From NCBI GenBank assembly GCA_951406725.2, contig OX597819.1, positions 40,424,001 to 40,488,000 on the forward strand: a stretch of DNA of 64,000 nt. The letters are read 5' to 3'. This stretch comes from Octopus vulgaris (taxonomy: Eukaryota). This document shows positions 39,703-53,939 of this stretch, one piece after another. The first letter of the stretch is position 1. The number at the start of each line of letters is the position of its first letter. The notes under the pieces were generated by a model. The model did not search any database and was not told where the DNA came from. It saw nothing but the letters and a program-made list of their open reading frames with translations. Both the position numbers and the translations under genes were made by a program.

Positions 39703-41605
39703 CTAGCAGAAGTGCCCAGCATTGCTCGGAGCTTAATTGCTTTAAAGTACTCTTAATGACTCTACTCAATTCTGATTATTGAGGCAAAGATTGATATGAG
39801 TTTATGCCCAACCAATAGATTTGTAACTGGATAGAAAGCCTTGCAAAGAGCATTACAACACCTTCATAACATATTTACATATGTATTTTACTGATTTTAG
39901 TGAATGACAGAACTCCACATTTATATGAGCGTTGAAAATTTTCATCAGAAATGGACAGTATGGGACCACCCATCTATTATCAACTTGATGATCCCATAAC
40001 GTCATAGTGAATCCCCTATTCTCAGGCTGCCTTCGTCTGTACAGTGGATATCTGTCACCGCCAGTCTAGGTCTCCTCCACGAAATTCTTTGGGTATCGTT
40101 TAGTGCACACATGGTCTTTGTGGCATGAGGAGAGCTGTTGAAAACCGGGACCACAAGGACCATGCACTATGTGTGCCTTCACAATGTCGTACAGCTGCCA
40201 GTCAACAGTTGGGTGTGGGATTTCTGCTGTGATGATGTCATCTAGAACTGTAGGGTCTATTTTGGTGACCAACCAAACCAAAATGTGCGCATGGCAACCC
40301 TCTCTTCTGTCACTAAACAGTATACATGTGGCACTTAACAGGCCCCAAAACCTGCCCTTTTTTGATTAAATCAATTAGCTTAGCCAGCTTCTGCCTGAAA
40401 ACCCTGGCAATAATATCATGCCGATGGCAGTACTGCTGCTGTGGAAAAGTTCTCACATTACCTCAACCCACTTGGGGTTACACGTAAACGTGATGAAGAA
40501 ATCGGGGTGCCCATAATGCCAAACGAAAGTCATAGCATCTTGTGTTCACTTGTGCATGTACCGTGGCGCCCCTATATAGGTTGAGGGGAGAATGCACATT
40601 TTGCCAATGTTCCTTGGGTCAGTGTCATTCCTGATGCCATCACTCAAATGGATGTAGGAGTCTGAGCACAGCTGCTTCTGAATCAATTTTATGAAGCCCA
40701 GTCACTCCGACTCCATCTTTGCAGCCATGTCAACTGCAAACTGGTGAAACAGTTCCCATGACCTCTGCAGAGTGCTAAAATCATTAGGCCACATCATGAA
40801 GCGGTATGAATAGAAAGCCATACATGAAACAGTTTTGGATATCATGGCAGGGGGCTCATTTGGTTTGCGCTGAGGAATACCAAAATGGTACCTGTCTTCT
40901 CCGTATGCAAAAAGAATGGGATACTGCAGGGCGTTGTATGAAAGATGTGTCTCAGTAATGCGTTGAAGACCACTGTCACAGCTTTGAATATCTATGTCTC
41001 ACTTATTGTGCTGTTCACCATGGAGAAGTACAGCTATTTCATTGCATGAAGGAGCATTATAATGGCGTACGTGTTCCCCAGAAAGTCTTTAGTCAGCATC
41101 GATGACAATGGTGAAGTTTGGTGAAGGAGCTGTTTGCAAGGCATATTTGAAACTGTGAATATAGATGTTGTGCTCATGAAGCATGTTTTGCAGACTGAGC
41201 AACACATCCCTGTCAAAAGTGTCAGTGTCAGTGTTTGCAGGTGGTGGAATAATGCCAAACCGCACATCAAGTTTCCTACTGTAGTTCGAAATTTGGAGGA
41301 ACGAAGGCTTGCAATTTTGTAGTGGCTGGAGCGACCCAATAAGATGGTGCACTTGTCCCTGGACCTTGAAAGTAGGCATCCAACCACTGTCTGTGACAAT
41401 GTTAGCCCCAAAAGAAGTCATCTGAAATGCACAATTGGTGACTAAAAGAAAAATTACAATGTTAAAGTTTCATAATGCAAATATGTGAATGAAACTATTG
41501 TTTATTTGGCAGCCAAAAACCTACTGAATCTTTTGATACCCAATACATCAAAATCAGCAACTCGGCTTTGAAATGCATAAGGAACATATGCACACACACA
41601 CTCTC

Positions 41606-41615
<10 letters not shown>
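39703..41615 (-). mobile_element. Helitron, internally deleted and decayed, retaining Rep-region coding remnants and both ends
   Basis: Minus-strand MTSFGA...TFKVQGQVHHLIGSL, FITFTCNPKW, RHDIIARVFRQKL, HILVWL and IVHGPCG...CTKRYPK. 3' end ccgagcaatgctggg hairpin plus CTAG followed by T at 39703. 5' end tatataaaagagagagtgtgtg in a TA tract. Confidence 0.9.
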
Positions 41616-41653
<38 letters not shown>

Positions 41654-41739
41654 TTAAATATATATATATATATATATATAAAAGAGAGAGTGTGTGTGTG
41701 CATATGTTCCTTATGCATTTCAAAGCCGAGTTGCTGATT

Positions 41740-42066
41740 AGCGGTTGGGAGGCAGTTGCCGGCAACCGTGGAGAATGGCGACGTACAGTAAAAGAGGGAA
41801 TACAAAAGAGTGACAGAGAGAGAGAGGAGAAATGGAAAGAAAGGAAGAGACGTAAACAAGAGACTATGGCACTACAACCAGCCAGGAACAGTCTTCGCTA
41901 CATTTGCGGTACCTGCCAGAGGGAGTGTTTGTCCAGGATAGGACTACACAGTCACAGCAGGAAATGTATCAGGGCATGAAATATAAAAGCCGGACTAGAC
42001 TACAAAAAAAAAAAAAAAAAAAACATGCGCAACTCCATTGTCTCCCGAGACAGAAAGGAAGCCAAT

Positions 42067-42070
<4 letters not shown>
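41740..42070 (+). mobile_element. 3' end of an RTE/RTE-X-type LINE with a C-terminal C2H2-like finger; a weaker relative lies at about 26770-26880(-)
   Basis: WEAVAGNRGEWRRTVKEG...YICGTCQRECLSRIGLHSHSRKC is a typical RTE ORF C-terminus. Confidence 0.8.
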
Positions 42071-42104
<34 letters not shown>

Positions 42105-43038
42105 AGTTGGATTGTCTCTTGACCATAGGCTGAAACAGCTGTAAGGAGCAGTTTATTTGTATTATTTTTATTTTATTATTAATTTTCATATTGGTGTATA
42201 TTGTTTTGTTCAATTTTCATGTTCCTATTTGTATAATTAATAAATAATGTGAAATTGTAATATCCATAAGTTGATGATCGAAATGAATTTGTTCCTCCAT
42301 TTTCTTATATATATATACATATAGGCACAGGTGTGTCTGTGCAGTAAGATGTTTTTTCCCAACTATACTGTTCCTGGTTCAATCTCACTGCTTAAAAATA
42401 TCCCCTCAGTCATCTATACTAACACAGATTCAAGTGGGCTAAAGCTTAAATGCTATTGTTAAGCTATTTAACTGGAAATTACAACAGTTAGCTGTTAGTC
42501 AGCATTCTATGGGAAGATGACCACCACATCACATGCTGTAATGATACATACATATAAAAGGTTTTAAAAAAATATATATTAGCAACAGAGGCAGAATTAT
42601 ACTGAGAGGTAATATTTATACCGCTAGGTATTAATACTGCCTTTGTCATTAATATATATTTTTTAACGAGCTCACTGGCTAATAGCAACACCAGCAACTG
42701 TTCTGACACTGTTTTTCTATATATATCTGGTAGGGTATGGATTACTACTATCTTTAGCAGTTGAGCATCCATCATTGACAAGAACAAGGCAGCTCAAAAT
42801 CACATGACCCGGAGATCCTGGCACCGGAGGTTGGAGGGATTTATCTGCCAACTAGCAATATAAACAAAAGTGCATTTTGCTCCAAAAGTCAATATGTTAT
42901 CTGCCACATTATAATTTATTCTAACAGAACATCCACGTTTAAGTGGGGATAAAAGGTTTTAAATAATGAAAGGTTACACAATGACAGCCTCATTGTCTTG
43001 TCCAAGTGTAATTTAATCCAGTAGAAAGACAAGGTTAA

Positions 43039-43259
43039 CCCTTTCGTTACCATATTTCTGGTGAGGTGCTCTGTATTTCTTTCAATTTATTTTAAATATA
43101 CAAAGAATTTAGTAAAATAACTTGGTTATCATTCAGCTAGTGTTAGGAACATAAATTGTGACTAAGGTTTGGTGGAAGATTTTAATTTAAGATTTACAAA
43201 AACAAGACATTTGTACAACTGAGCCAGTGCCAGTTTCAGCCAGGTTAGTATCAAAAGGG
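43039..43259. mobile_element. Second TTAA-flanked MITE family; relatives at about 7609-7788, 55290-55420, 61580-61790 and 63173-63318
   Basis: TTAA|ccctttcgttac ... gtatcaaaaggg|TTAA, with shared internal gaatttagtaaaataact. Confidence 0.8.
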
Positions 43260-44095
43260 TTAAGACCATTTAATATAGGTCTGGAAGCAGTGGTTGACCA
43301 GTTCTATTAGTGCTTTGTCAAGCATTTGCAATTCTACAACACTACTGAACTGAAAAATTTACAAGCCTACACTATTTATTACTTTCCTTGAAGTACATAA
43401 AAGAAAGAACTACAGTACATACCATTAGAATTTACTGGAATGACAAGCTAAAGATAGAAGCCAAATTTACCTCAAATCTCACCCAACTGTCTTAATAAAA
43501 AGGGAGCAAAGAATACCCTGGACAATATATAGTCCAAGATACATAAAAAATATGGTATGATGAAGATAATTCTAACCTTTTGATTATAGGCTGATTTAAT
43601 GAGAATTGACTTGTAGTTAAACAACAACATAAAAAAAAAAACTGAGGAAATACACCTGGAATGTACTATATCATGTTAACAACATTGCATTTGCTTAAAA
43701 ACAAGAGCTTCTGATCTGATCAATGCTTGCAATAATTTATCATATTTTTGCAGTGGTTGTGCACAGAAACATGCTTGTGTGCAGATTTTATGTTTCTTTA
43801 CAAGGTACATGTGCATTCATGCAAGAAGCCATCAGTTAGATTGCTTCCAATTAAAACTATTTGATTTTATCTTGAAAATCTTGTGTGTGCATGTTTTATT
43901 TGTTTTCCTAGCTGTAAAACATGTGTGTACAAGTTCACACACATTTTTGTGTTTTTTCCTAGTTCTAGAACATAATTATAACAGAGAGGGTCTTTCAACT
44001 ATCAAATGAGCGTAGTAAGCTGGCACAAGGAAAATGGAAAAATTTTAACAGACCAGGCAGCATGACAGAACAGAACAGACACAACCATGCATGTG

Positions 44096-44149
<54 letters not shown>

Positions 44150-44619
44150 CTAGTTTCAGCTCAGAGCTGCAGCCATGCTGATGCACCGCCATTTGGGGAG
44201 GGGACCAGGTCGATTAGATCGACTCCAGTATGTAACTTAATTTATCGACCTCGAAAGGATGAAAGGCAAAGTCGACCATGGATGAATTTGAACTCAGAAC
44301 GTAGAGACAGACGAAATACCGCTAAGCATTTCGCCCAGCGTGCTAACGATTCTGCCAGCTCGCCTATATATATATATACATAAACTTGGAAATGGATAAT
44401 AATATAAATTATACATACATATATATATATATATATAAGTAATACTAAGCAATTAAGGGTTTAGCAACGAATTGCCTCGCCACACACCGAATTTAGAAAT
44501 AGCAGTCAAAGAGATATAGCTATTCCTTCTACTAAAAGGGAGATCTCAGTAAAAACACAGCACTTGAAAGGCAAACACAGACAGGTAAGAAAGAATGAGA
44601 TGACGGCAATCTATCATAC

Positions 44620-44672
<53 letters not shown>

Positions 44673-45816
44673 TACTTACATATACATGTGCAGTGCTTAA
44701 TGGGAACATTACTTTCAATTTCTCACTGGACCCTTATTAAATGATCATCACATGGTCTGTTTTAAGATTTTGACTCAGATAAACAAGAGGTAGGTTCAGT
44801 TTGATATCTCAGTTAAAACTTTATTTTGTTTGTTAAGTTATCATCTATTAACAAGATATAACAACACATTGACTTGAAATAATTGTACAGCATGATCTTT
44901 AATCACACATGTAATCTTTTAAAAATAGACAGATATGGCTGCATGGTTAAGAAGTTTGTTTCCCACCCACATGGTTTCCGGTTCGGGTTCAGCGCCACTG
45001 TATGGTGCCTTGGATATATGTGTCTTCTACTATAGATCTGGGCTGACCAAAGCGTCCAGAGTGGATTAGGTAAATGGAAACTGAAAGAAACCCATCATGT
45101 ATGTATATGTGTGTATATACACACACACACACACACACATATATACACACACACATATATATATACACACATACACACACACACACATACACACACACAT
45201 ACACACATATATACACACACACACATATATATACACACATACACTCACACACACACATATATATATATAAACACGATGTGTGGAAAAAAGGATGGTAGCA
45301 CAACAAACAAGACAAAATAAGATACACGGATCATTCGCAGCCAATTACCTCTTTGGTCAGAGTCCCGAATGTCTTAGTAGTTTTGCCCAATTTATCTCCA
45401 ATACTACTTGAAACCAGCTGGGCCAGGGACTTAAGCTAAAAGCATTAAGCCTCTGGGAAAGGTAAAATAATGTGTACAAGAATGAAAACAAGAACGGAAA
45501 CAAAAACAAGAAAGCTAGAATTATATATGTATGATAGAAAGAAAGGAAAAAAACATTTTTTGTACATATAAGGAAACAAATAGATAAATAACAGACAGGG
45601 TCTTTTGACCATCAAATGAGTGTAGTAAGCTGGCACAAGGAAATGGAAAATGGAAAAATTTTAACAGAACAGGCAGCAGGACAGAACGGAACAGACAGAC
45701 ACAACCATGTATGTATGTGTGTGTGTGTGTGTGTATATATATATCCTATATATATATACATATAGATAGATAGATAAACTTGGAAATGGATGCGTGACAT
45801 TTAATCATATAGTAAT

Positions 45817-45854
<38 letters not shown>

Positions 45855-47682
45855 TACTTACATATATATGTATATACATATATGGGTACAGGACATCATA
45901 AAATGTAAACAACATAAAATACGAACTTTCTTTTGTGAACAATGAAAGAAGCAAATGAAAAACAAGACAAGTAACATTAAGAACGACTCTTCATCAGTTG
46001 TCAGCTGTTTTATCTACTCCACATTTCAAGTAATTACGACAAGATGCACCTTCAACAAAACAGTAGCTCCCGCAAAGCAAAATAAAATTTGGAATTTGCG
46101 GAGAGTCAAAGCTGGTAACAAAAACAGGACAGTGAAAACAAACAGTAAGGGCTGCTGCTGCTGTGTGTGTGTGTGTCTATATCTTGACATCACATGATTT
46201 TTGTAAGTGAATGTCAGGTGTGGCTGTGTGGTAAGCTTGCTTCCCAACCTCATGGTTCTGGGTTCAGTCCCACTGTGTGTGATACCTCGGGCAAGTGTCT
46301 TCTACTATAACCTTGGACCAACCAAAGCATTGTGAATGGATTTAGTTGACAGAACCAGAAAGAAGCCTGTTGTGTGTGCATGTGTTTGCCCCCTGTACCA
46401 CATGACAACCAATATTGGTGTGTTTACATTCCCATAACTTAGCGGTTTAGCAAAAGAGACTGATAGAATAAGTACTAGGCTTAAAAAGAAAAAAAATAAT
46501 TCCTGGGGTCAATTTGTTTGACTAAAATCCTTCAAGGCAGTGTCCAGAATGGCCACAGTCAAATGATTGAAACAAGTAAATGATAAAAATATTTCCAATA
46601 TTCTGCAAAAACATTTCTGGTCATTGGGAAATATTTCCTTGTGTAGAGTTGGTGACAGGAAGAGCATGTGTTTGTAGAAAAATCTGCTTCAATAAACCTT
46701 TAGCATTCAGATTACTCTGTGAAATGCAATACTTGTTTATTTACATTTTTAAATAATTAATCGTGCTTTATCTCATAGCTTTGAAATGAAGATGGTGTGA
46801 TTGTTTAGATGACATAGGTGTGAGAGGCTGGATCAGCCTGCTTGAACATAACACAGGTAGAAGATTGGGGCTTGATATTGCCAGTTTAAATACTAAAGGG
46901 TTAATGTAAAAATTCAAATAGAATCATCATGATACAAAGTGTGTGATATAGCTGAACCTTTGAATTACAGCTATAGACCATCTAACAGGCATCCACAAAA
47001 TTTCCATTGACCAGATTTCACTCAAAAGACTGAGGCCAATCTGAGACTATAGTAAAAGACACAAGTCCAATAATGCCAAGCTGAGGGGATCAAATCTGGA
47101 ACCCTATGTTTGTAAAACAAACAACTTAACCATTCAGGCACACCAGTTTGGTATGTAATGGCCACATATGGGTAGCACAAGCAACAATGTCTGGTCTGTT
47201 ACTAAGTCAAAACTGACGTATTAAACCACACTAAATCTGCTCTGTTATTGACCACATAATGATAAAATGACCACTTACTGACTGTACACTGATAGAGATC
47301 AATAAATTCTATTGTCATTGATGTTATAATAAAACATTGATCACTAATGTTTACATAGCTATTGACCATACACTGACATAATGGCCATCTCTACCTTATC
47401 ACAATCTCTTTCTTCCTTGTTTTAAACACTCTCTTTTAATTATATCTCTTCAAACTTGCCTTTCTCTCCAACTTTACTGTATCTTCCCAAATTCCCCACT
47501 TTATCTCTCTCATTTATGTGTGTGTATGTGTGTATAATGTATGTATTTGTTATCCTTCCCCAACCACCCTTTCCACTTATTATTTTCTTTACCAGCCTCT
47601 CCTAACTTTTCTCATTTAATTTAACATCTCATTCCAAATCTGCTCAGTTTCTGTTTACAATCTTTCTCCCCAACCAACTCTC

Positions 47683-47733
<51 letters not shown>

Positions 47734-48734
47734 CCACATTTTCTCTCTTTCAACAAATTATCTCGATTTTTTTCCTCTCACACTTTATAAACTCTGTTTC
47801 TTCCCAATTCAACTTATCTTCCCAAACCTTCCCTCTACCCATCTAAGACCTCCTCTCTCTCTCTCTCTCAAACAACAAACAACTGTTTATTTCTAACTAG
47901 AGCTTCACAGACAGTAATAAAATAAGTATCCATCTTAAATATTTGGAAGTGGTCAAAAGACAGGTCTCTGAAACAAAAACATGCAGAAAAATAAAAATAA
48001 AGACACCAAAGCCACTGCTGCCATCATGACAATGACGATGACCACCACCACCACCACCACCGCCGCCACCGCCACAGTCGTCATCATCATCAACAATGCT
48101 TTTAAGTTTGATTTTCCATTCTGGTAACAGTAGAACTGATCTAATAATATACAGCATATTGCAAATTATCTGAGGCTTTCAATATCTACTGCATGGGGCC
48201 CAGTACCCTGAGATCAAACCCCACATCCTCTTCTACAAGTATTATCCACTGGTAGAGCAAACAACCCTTTTATTCCCAATGCCCATTGTCTATTTGTATC
48301 ACATATCCACGCCAGTGCAGACAACTCTCCTCCACACTTTGCTTGATGGCTTCAAAGCCTAACTATTCTCTCAATTCATCCTCTTATAACGGTAAACATT
48401 ATATGTCCAGCATACATCTTATGGCATTTATCTCCAGCCTTCACAGATTTTCCATATTTGGTGTCTATGTCTCACTACCACAAGGTATCATGCTTTTTAT
48501 ATATGTAGTCTGTATTTCACAAGAGAGGGTCCCTTTCGTGTTAGAAGCAGCTCAATGAAGTAAATAGGCATGGTTTTGTAGTAAGAAACTTGCCTCCCAA
48601 CCACATAGCGCTGGGTTCAGTTCCACTGTGTGGCACCTTGGACAAGTGTCTTTTACTATAGCCTTGGGCCAACCAAAGCTTTGGAAGTGGATTTGGTAGA
48701 TAGAAACTGAAAGAAACCCATCGTGTATATAGGG

Positions 48735-49570
48735 GTTTACCAAGGATCAGTCCTCAGCCCCCTCTTATTCATTATAGTCCTCCAGGCAACAACAGATGAA
48801 TTCAAAACAGGATGCCTCTAGGAGTTCCTCTATACTGATGACCTTACTCTAATAGGTGAGTCACTGCCAGAACTAGAGACAAAGTTTAGGGTGTGGAAGC
48901 AAGGTCTAGAATTAAAGGGCCTTAGGGTTAACCTAGCAAAAACCAAAGTCTTAGTAAGTAGGAAGGCTGACAAGTCACAAACCCCTTCAGGTAGATGGCC
49001 CTGCTCAGTCTGTAGAAATGGCGTGGATAGAAACTCCATAAGATATACCTGGTGTAAGCTATGGACACATAAAAGGTGCAGCAATATCAAAGGAAGGCTA
49101 ACTGGGAAAATAGTTTTTGTGTGGCAGATGCACTGAGGCATTAAACACAGGGGATGTACAGAAAACAGATACCATCACATGCCAGGGGGAGAAACTAGAA
49201 GTAATAAATAACTTCCGCTACCCAGGTGCCCAAGTCTGTAGTGGGGGTGGTTGCTCTGAGAGTGTAGTGGCTAGAATAAGAATAGCCTGGGTAAAGTTCA
49301 GGGAGCTCCTACCTCTGCTGGTAACTAAGTGCCTCTCGCTCAGGATGAAAAGTAGACTGTATGATGCATGTGTACGAACTGCTATGCCACATGGCAGTGA
49401 AACATGGGCCATGACTACTGAGGATATGTGTAGGCTTGAAAGAAATGAAGCTAGTATGATCCGCTGGATGTGTAATGTCAGTGTGCATACACGACAGAGT
49501 GTAAGCACCCTAAGAGAAATGTTGGGCATAAGAAGCATCGGATGTAGTGTGCAAAAGAGACGACTGCTGG
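48735..49570 (+). mobile_element. RTE LINE internal fragment (RT C-terminal half plus Cys/His finger)
   Basis: QGSVLSPLLF, LYTDDL, WPCSVCRNGVDRNSIRYTWCKLWTHKRCS and GSETW, colinear with the copy at 37050-37880. Confidence 0.9.
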
Positions 49571-50486
49571 TATACACACACATACAATGTGCTTCTTTTG
49601 GTTTCCATCTACCAAATCCACTGACAAGGCTTTGGTCGGCTCAAGGCTATAGTAGAAGGCACTTGCCCAAGGTGCCATGCAGTGGGACTGAATTCAGAAC
49701 CATGTGGTTGGGAAGCAGGCTTCTTATTACACATATTTAAATATATGTGAATGCATTTATATCATCATCATCATTTAACGTCCGCTTTCCATGCTAGCAT
49801 GGGTTGGACGGTTCAACTGGGGTCTGGGGAGCCCGAAAGCTGCACCAGTCCAGTCAGATCTTGGCAAACGGCCACGCTCGGATGGTGTTTTTTATGTGCC
49901 ACCGACACAGGTGCCAGACGAGGCTGGCAGACGGCCACGCTATATATATATATATATATATGTATACATTTATATGTATGTGTATGTGTCTGTATATATA
50001 CATTCATACATATTTATATACATCAATGCATACACATACATATACATATTTAAGTGTGTGTGTCAGTGTGTGAATATGTATTTGTGTATGCATGTTTGTT
50101 TACATTTCATACACTAAATTTGCCTGCATTCAGCGTCTAACTATCAATTACTCCCACTCCATTTGTTGTTTTAGCTTTCTTCTACCCCCACCCTCAAGAC
50201 AAAAAGGTGTCCATAAATTATCTTTCCAACTTCCACACTTCAGAACTTCAATTTGTAAAGGTAATTTATACCCTATCCCCAAACCCATTTTCAGAAAAAC
50301 AAAGTCCATAGTGAGCATAGCAGAGGTCAGATTAGTTGAAAACACACCAAAAAAACCCAACTTATTACCAATTCTTTTTAGTGAACAATGTACAAACAAT
50401 GATGTTATAGAGAGGAAGGCCTTGAAATAGCATGCATTCTCTCCTGATGACCCCAAAAACTTCCTAGCATCTGGTATGCATGACTT

Positions 50487-50513
50487 TCAACTTGTAGCAC
50501 TTGCGTCTACAGG
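50487..50513 (-). CDS. Probable terminal coding exon (PVDASATS*) of the 87-aa protein, followed by unique 3' UTR-like sequence
   Basis: Strong minus-strand acceptor (long T run then gcaaacAG at 50515-50514). Phase-0 reading gives 8 codons and TGA, matching the phase-0 end of the previous exon. Followed by about 400 bp of non-repetitive sequence. Additional intervening exons are not excluded. Confidence 0.55.
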   Translation of the reverse strand, partial: PVDASATS

Positions 50514-50770
50514 CTGTTTGCAAAAAAAAAAAAAAAAAATATAGATATATTTATATTTGCATAATGGCTTGTTTATAGTGATCAAATGTTTGTGTTACAC
50601 ACAAGCTCATTCTCTCCATCAAATAAACATAGCCTCTATGCATGCACAAGTGTGCCAATGTGATGGCAAAGCAACTTGAAGCGAAGTGCTTTGCTCAAGA
50701 ACACAACACAGCTCCTGGTCTGAGAATTATAACCACTATCTCTTTCAATCATGAGTGCAACACTTGAGCC

Positions 50771-50807
<37 letters not shown>

Positions 50808-50916
50808 ACATGAATGTGTATGTGTGTATTTATACATACACACACACATTTTGTGTAATCATAAATGCTTATGTCCCTTGCTATAAATACTTATTTTTAT
50901 ATAGGCATAACATGGA

Positions 50917-50948
<32 letters not shown>

Positions 50949-51384
50949 CATATAATTATTAGCTCTCTTTACTCTTTTTACTCTTTTACTTGTTTCAGTC
51001 TTTTGACTGTGGCCATGCTGGAGCACTGCCTTTAGTCGAGCAAATCGACCCCAGGACTTATTCTTTGTAAGCCTAGTACTTATTCTATTGGTCTCTTTTG
51101 CCAAACCGCTAAGTCACGGGGATGTAAACACACCAGCATCGGTTGTCAAGTGATGTTGGGGGGGGACAAACAGATGCACAAACATATACACACACACACA
51201 TATATATATACGACGGGTTTCTTTCAGTTTCTGTCAACCAAATCCACTCACAAGGCTTTGGTCGGCCCGAGGCTATAGTAGAAGACACTTGCCCAAGGTG
51301 CCACAAAGCGGGAATGAACCTGGAACCATGTGGCTAGTAAGCAAGCTACTTACCGCACAGCCACTTCTGCGCCTAATAATAAAT

Positions 51385-52163
51385 AATGCATTTATGATCC
51401 CACCAAACATAAAGCATAGCTTTTATGGCATGGATATTCACCCTTGATTGTTGTTTTGGGGGATCCTTACGCAAACTTCAGGATCTTTTTCACAATACGT
51501 TTTCATACACCATTTTTCGTCTCCAGTCACAAGTTGATTCAAAAAAGGCATGCTTTCATTCCATTTCAAAAGTATATCACAAACAGAATACCAACTCAAG
51601 CAATATTTTTCTAAGAGTTTGTTAAGGAACCATATGTTATAGCAAAAAAACGTATCCTAGCTTCACTAGGTGTTCATGAGCTGTACTTCTACAAACTTCC
51701 AACTCCTCAGCAAGTTCCCTAGTCATTATATTTGAGTTTTCTTCAATTTTTGCTTTCAAAACATCTGCATCCAATTTTGAAGGTCTTCCACAGCAACTGT
51801 CATCTTCCAAGCTAAAGTCACCGGCTTAAAATTTTGAAAACCATCTTTGAACAATTGATTCACCTACAGTATCATCACCATAAACTTCGCAAATGTTTTT
51901 GCCAGTCTTTGTAGCATTTTCTACTTTCTTTTAAAAAAGGAAGACATTACAACACGAATATGAAATTTTTGGTTATCCGTTTCAAATGTCAATAAAAGGT
52001 AACTTAGAATGAAAGATAAATTTATTTTTAGTCAGGAACAAAGAAGGGATGCACTACCACTTGAAGTAATGCCAAAGTTTTAACTGTGTTATGTTTTAGG
52101 TGTGGTCAATGAAGCATTAAAAGATTTACCTTCAAAATGCTCAGATCTTTCTGGACAACCTAA
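51385..52163 (-). mobile_element. Truncated mariner element (5' TIR plus transposase N-terminal half)
   Basis: TIR-like tattaggttgtccagaaag; minus-strand ICEVYGDDTVGESIVQRWFSKF, GRPSKLD, TRELAEEL and VTGDEKW. Confidence 0.85.
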
Positions 52164-52367
52164 TATCTCTTTTACTCTTTTACTTGTTTCAGTCATGTGA
52201 CTGTGGCCATGCTTGAGCACCGCTTTAAGCTGAGCAAATCGACCCCAGGACTTATCCTTTGTATCGGTCTCTTTTACCAAACAGCTAAGTTACGGGGACA
52301 TAAACACACCAGCATCAGTTGTCAAATGATGTTGGGGGGTGGGACAAACTCAGATACACAAACATAT

Positions 52368-52435
<68 letters not shown>

Positions 52436-53355
52436 GACGGGCTTCTTTCAGTTTCCGTCTACCAAATCCACTCACAAGGCTTTGGTCAACCCGAGGCTAT
52501 AGTAGAAGATACTTGCTCAAGCTGCCACGCAGTGGGACTGAACCTGGAACCATGTGGTTGGTAAGCAAGCTACTTACCACACAGCCACTCCTACACCTAC
52601 AATATATATATATATATATATAAATTTTTTACTCCAACCAGCATCTACACAAGGAGTGTACGTTGAGTACACTTGGTTGATCATGTTTATTACATTAGCA
52701 CTGCTTCTATTTCATATTTGGGTTACACACACACACACACACACATATATAAAATCAGTTTCCAACTTCTTGATGACCTTGTTACCCAATCTCCCTATAC
52801 TTAAGACATGTGACACCCAGAAGCTACTGTGTACAACACAACAGTCAATGACATCTCACCCCCATTGGATACCAGTGATACATGTGAGTTAGTGTATTTG
52901 TGTGTATATTGATGCACTGAAAAAAGCCTTGAGTTATATTGCTTTATGTTAATGGTTGATTTAGTCATCTTGGTAACAAACATTGTTAAAATATGTTTGA
53001 AACCAAATACTAGGGAATGAATTAACATATATACACACAAAAACAAGAATAACCTATATCAGTTTTTCTGATAGGGGAAGGGAATCGAAAAAGGAGCAGA
53101 CAAAGTGCCATTTTAATTAGAATTCAAATGGATTTAAACATAGTGAAGAAAGAAAAATTACATGAAAGAGGGAAGGAGGGGGGTAAAGAATTTCACTAAT
53201 TGTCCAACCCATGCTAGCATGGAAAACGGACGCTAAACGATGATGATGATGATGATGATTCAATGTAAGGTAATCAGCTTGAGAAATACGGACCTATCCG
53301 ACCGTGTTTCTTAATCTCTACGGGAATGTCATGAAATAATAATAATAATAATAAT

Positions 53356-53913
53356 AAATGCCCTGATGCAGTACCAGGCAGTGGCTCTCATGGCTTCTGA
53401 TCTTAACTGATTGGAAGTGTTATCATGTACATTGTTTTGTCTTGGTATAAAAGATGGGCTACAGCAAATATTCTGCTTAATACCACAGATTTGCTTGTCA
53501 GTTGTTTGACTTTAACCAGTTGAGCATGTCCCTTAGTGGCTGACGATATGTGCATCTCTGATCACGAGCAGAAGTAGTGGGGGAGCATCATAGCCATGTG
53601 TTGAGAGGGATTCTTTGGGGTTTGAATAATTCACCTCTGGAAACATGGGTGGTTCTTTCAATATCCTTAAACAACCCTTATTCAGGGACCTTTTGAGCGG
53701 GATGGGCTACTCAACCTGAAGAAAATTCTAACTGGGCCCCACCTGCAAGGTTATGTGCTGTTTATCTTGATATGAGATCACCATGTCGTGCACATATGGT
53801 TGTGATGCATGTGCCTGGTGTACCCTTACCAAATGGTAGTCATGATGGGTATATTGGGCTTCGTATATTTTACCTCAGTGTCACTTTGATGGCATGAACT
53901 GCTCTCTCACTCA
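53356..53913. repeat. About 560-bp element of unknown class embedded between (AAT)n tracts
   Basis: Sharp compositional boundaries with (AAT)n on both sides and no ORF. Only one copy is in this window, so repeat status is inferred. Confidence 0.4.
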
Positions 53914-53939
53914 ATGATAATAATAATAATAATAATAAT

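Noticed and set aside
47897-48157. Poly-Gly/Asp ORF
   Set aside because: Derived from (CCA)n/(TCA)n microsatellites, with no convincing splice or coding context.
50092-50456. 102-112 aa ORFs on both strands
   Set aside because: They overlap the presumed 3' UTR of the microprotein gene and show no recognisable similarity.
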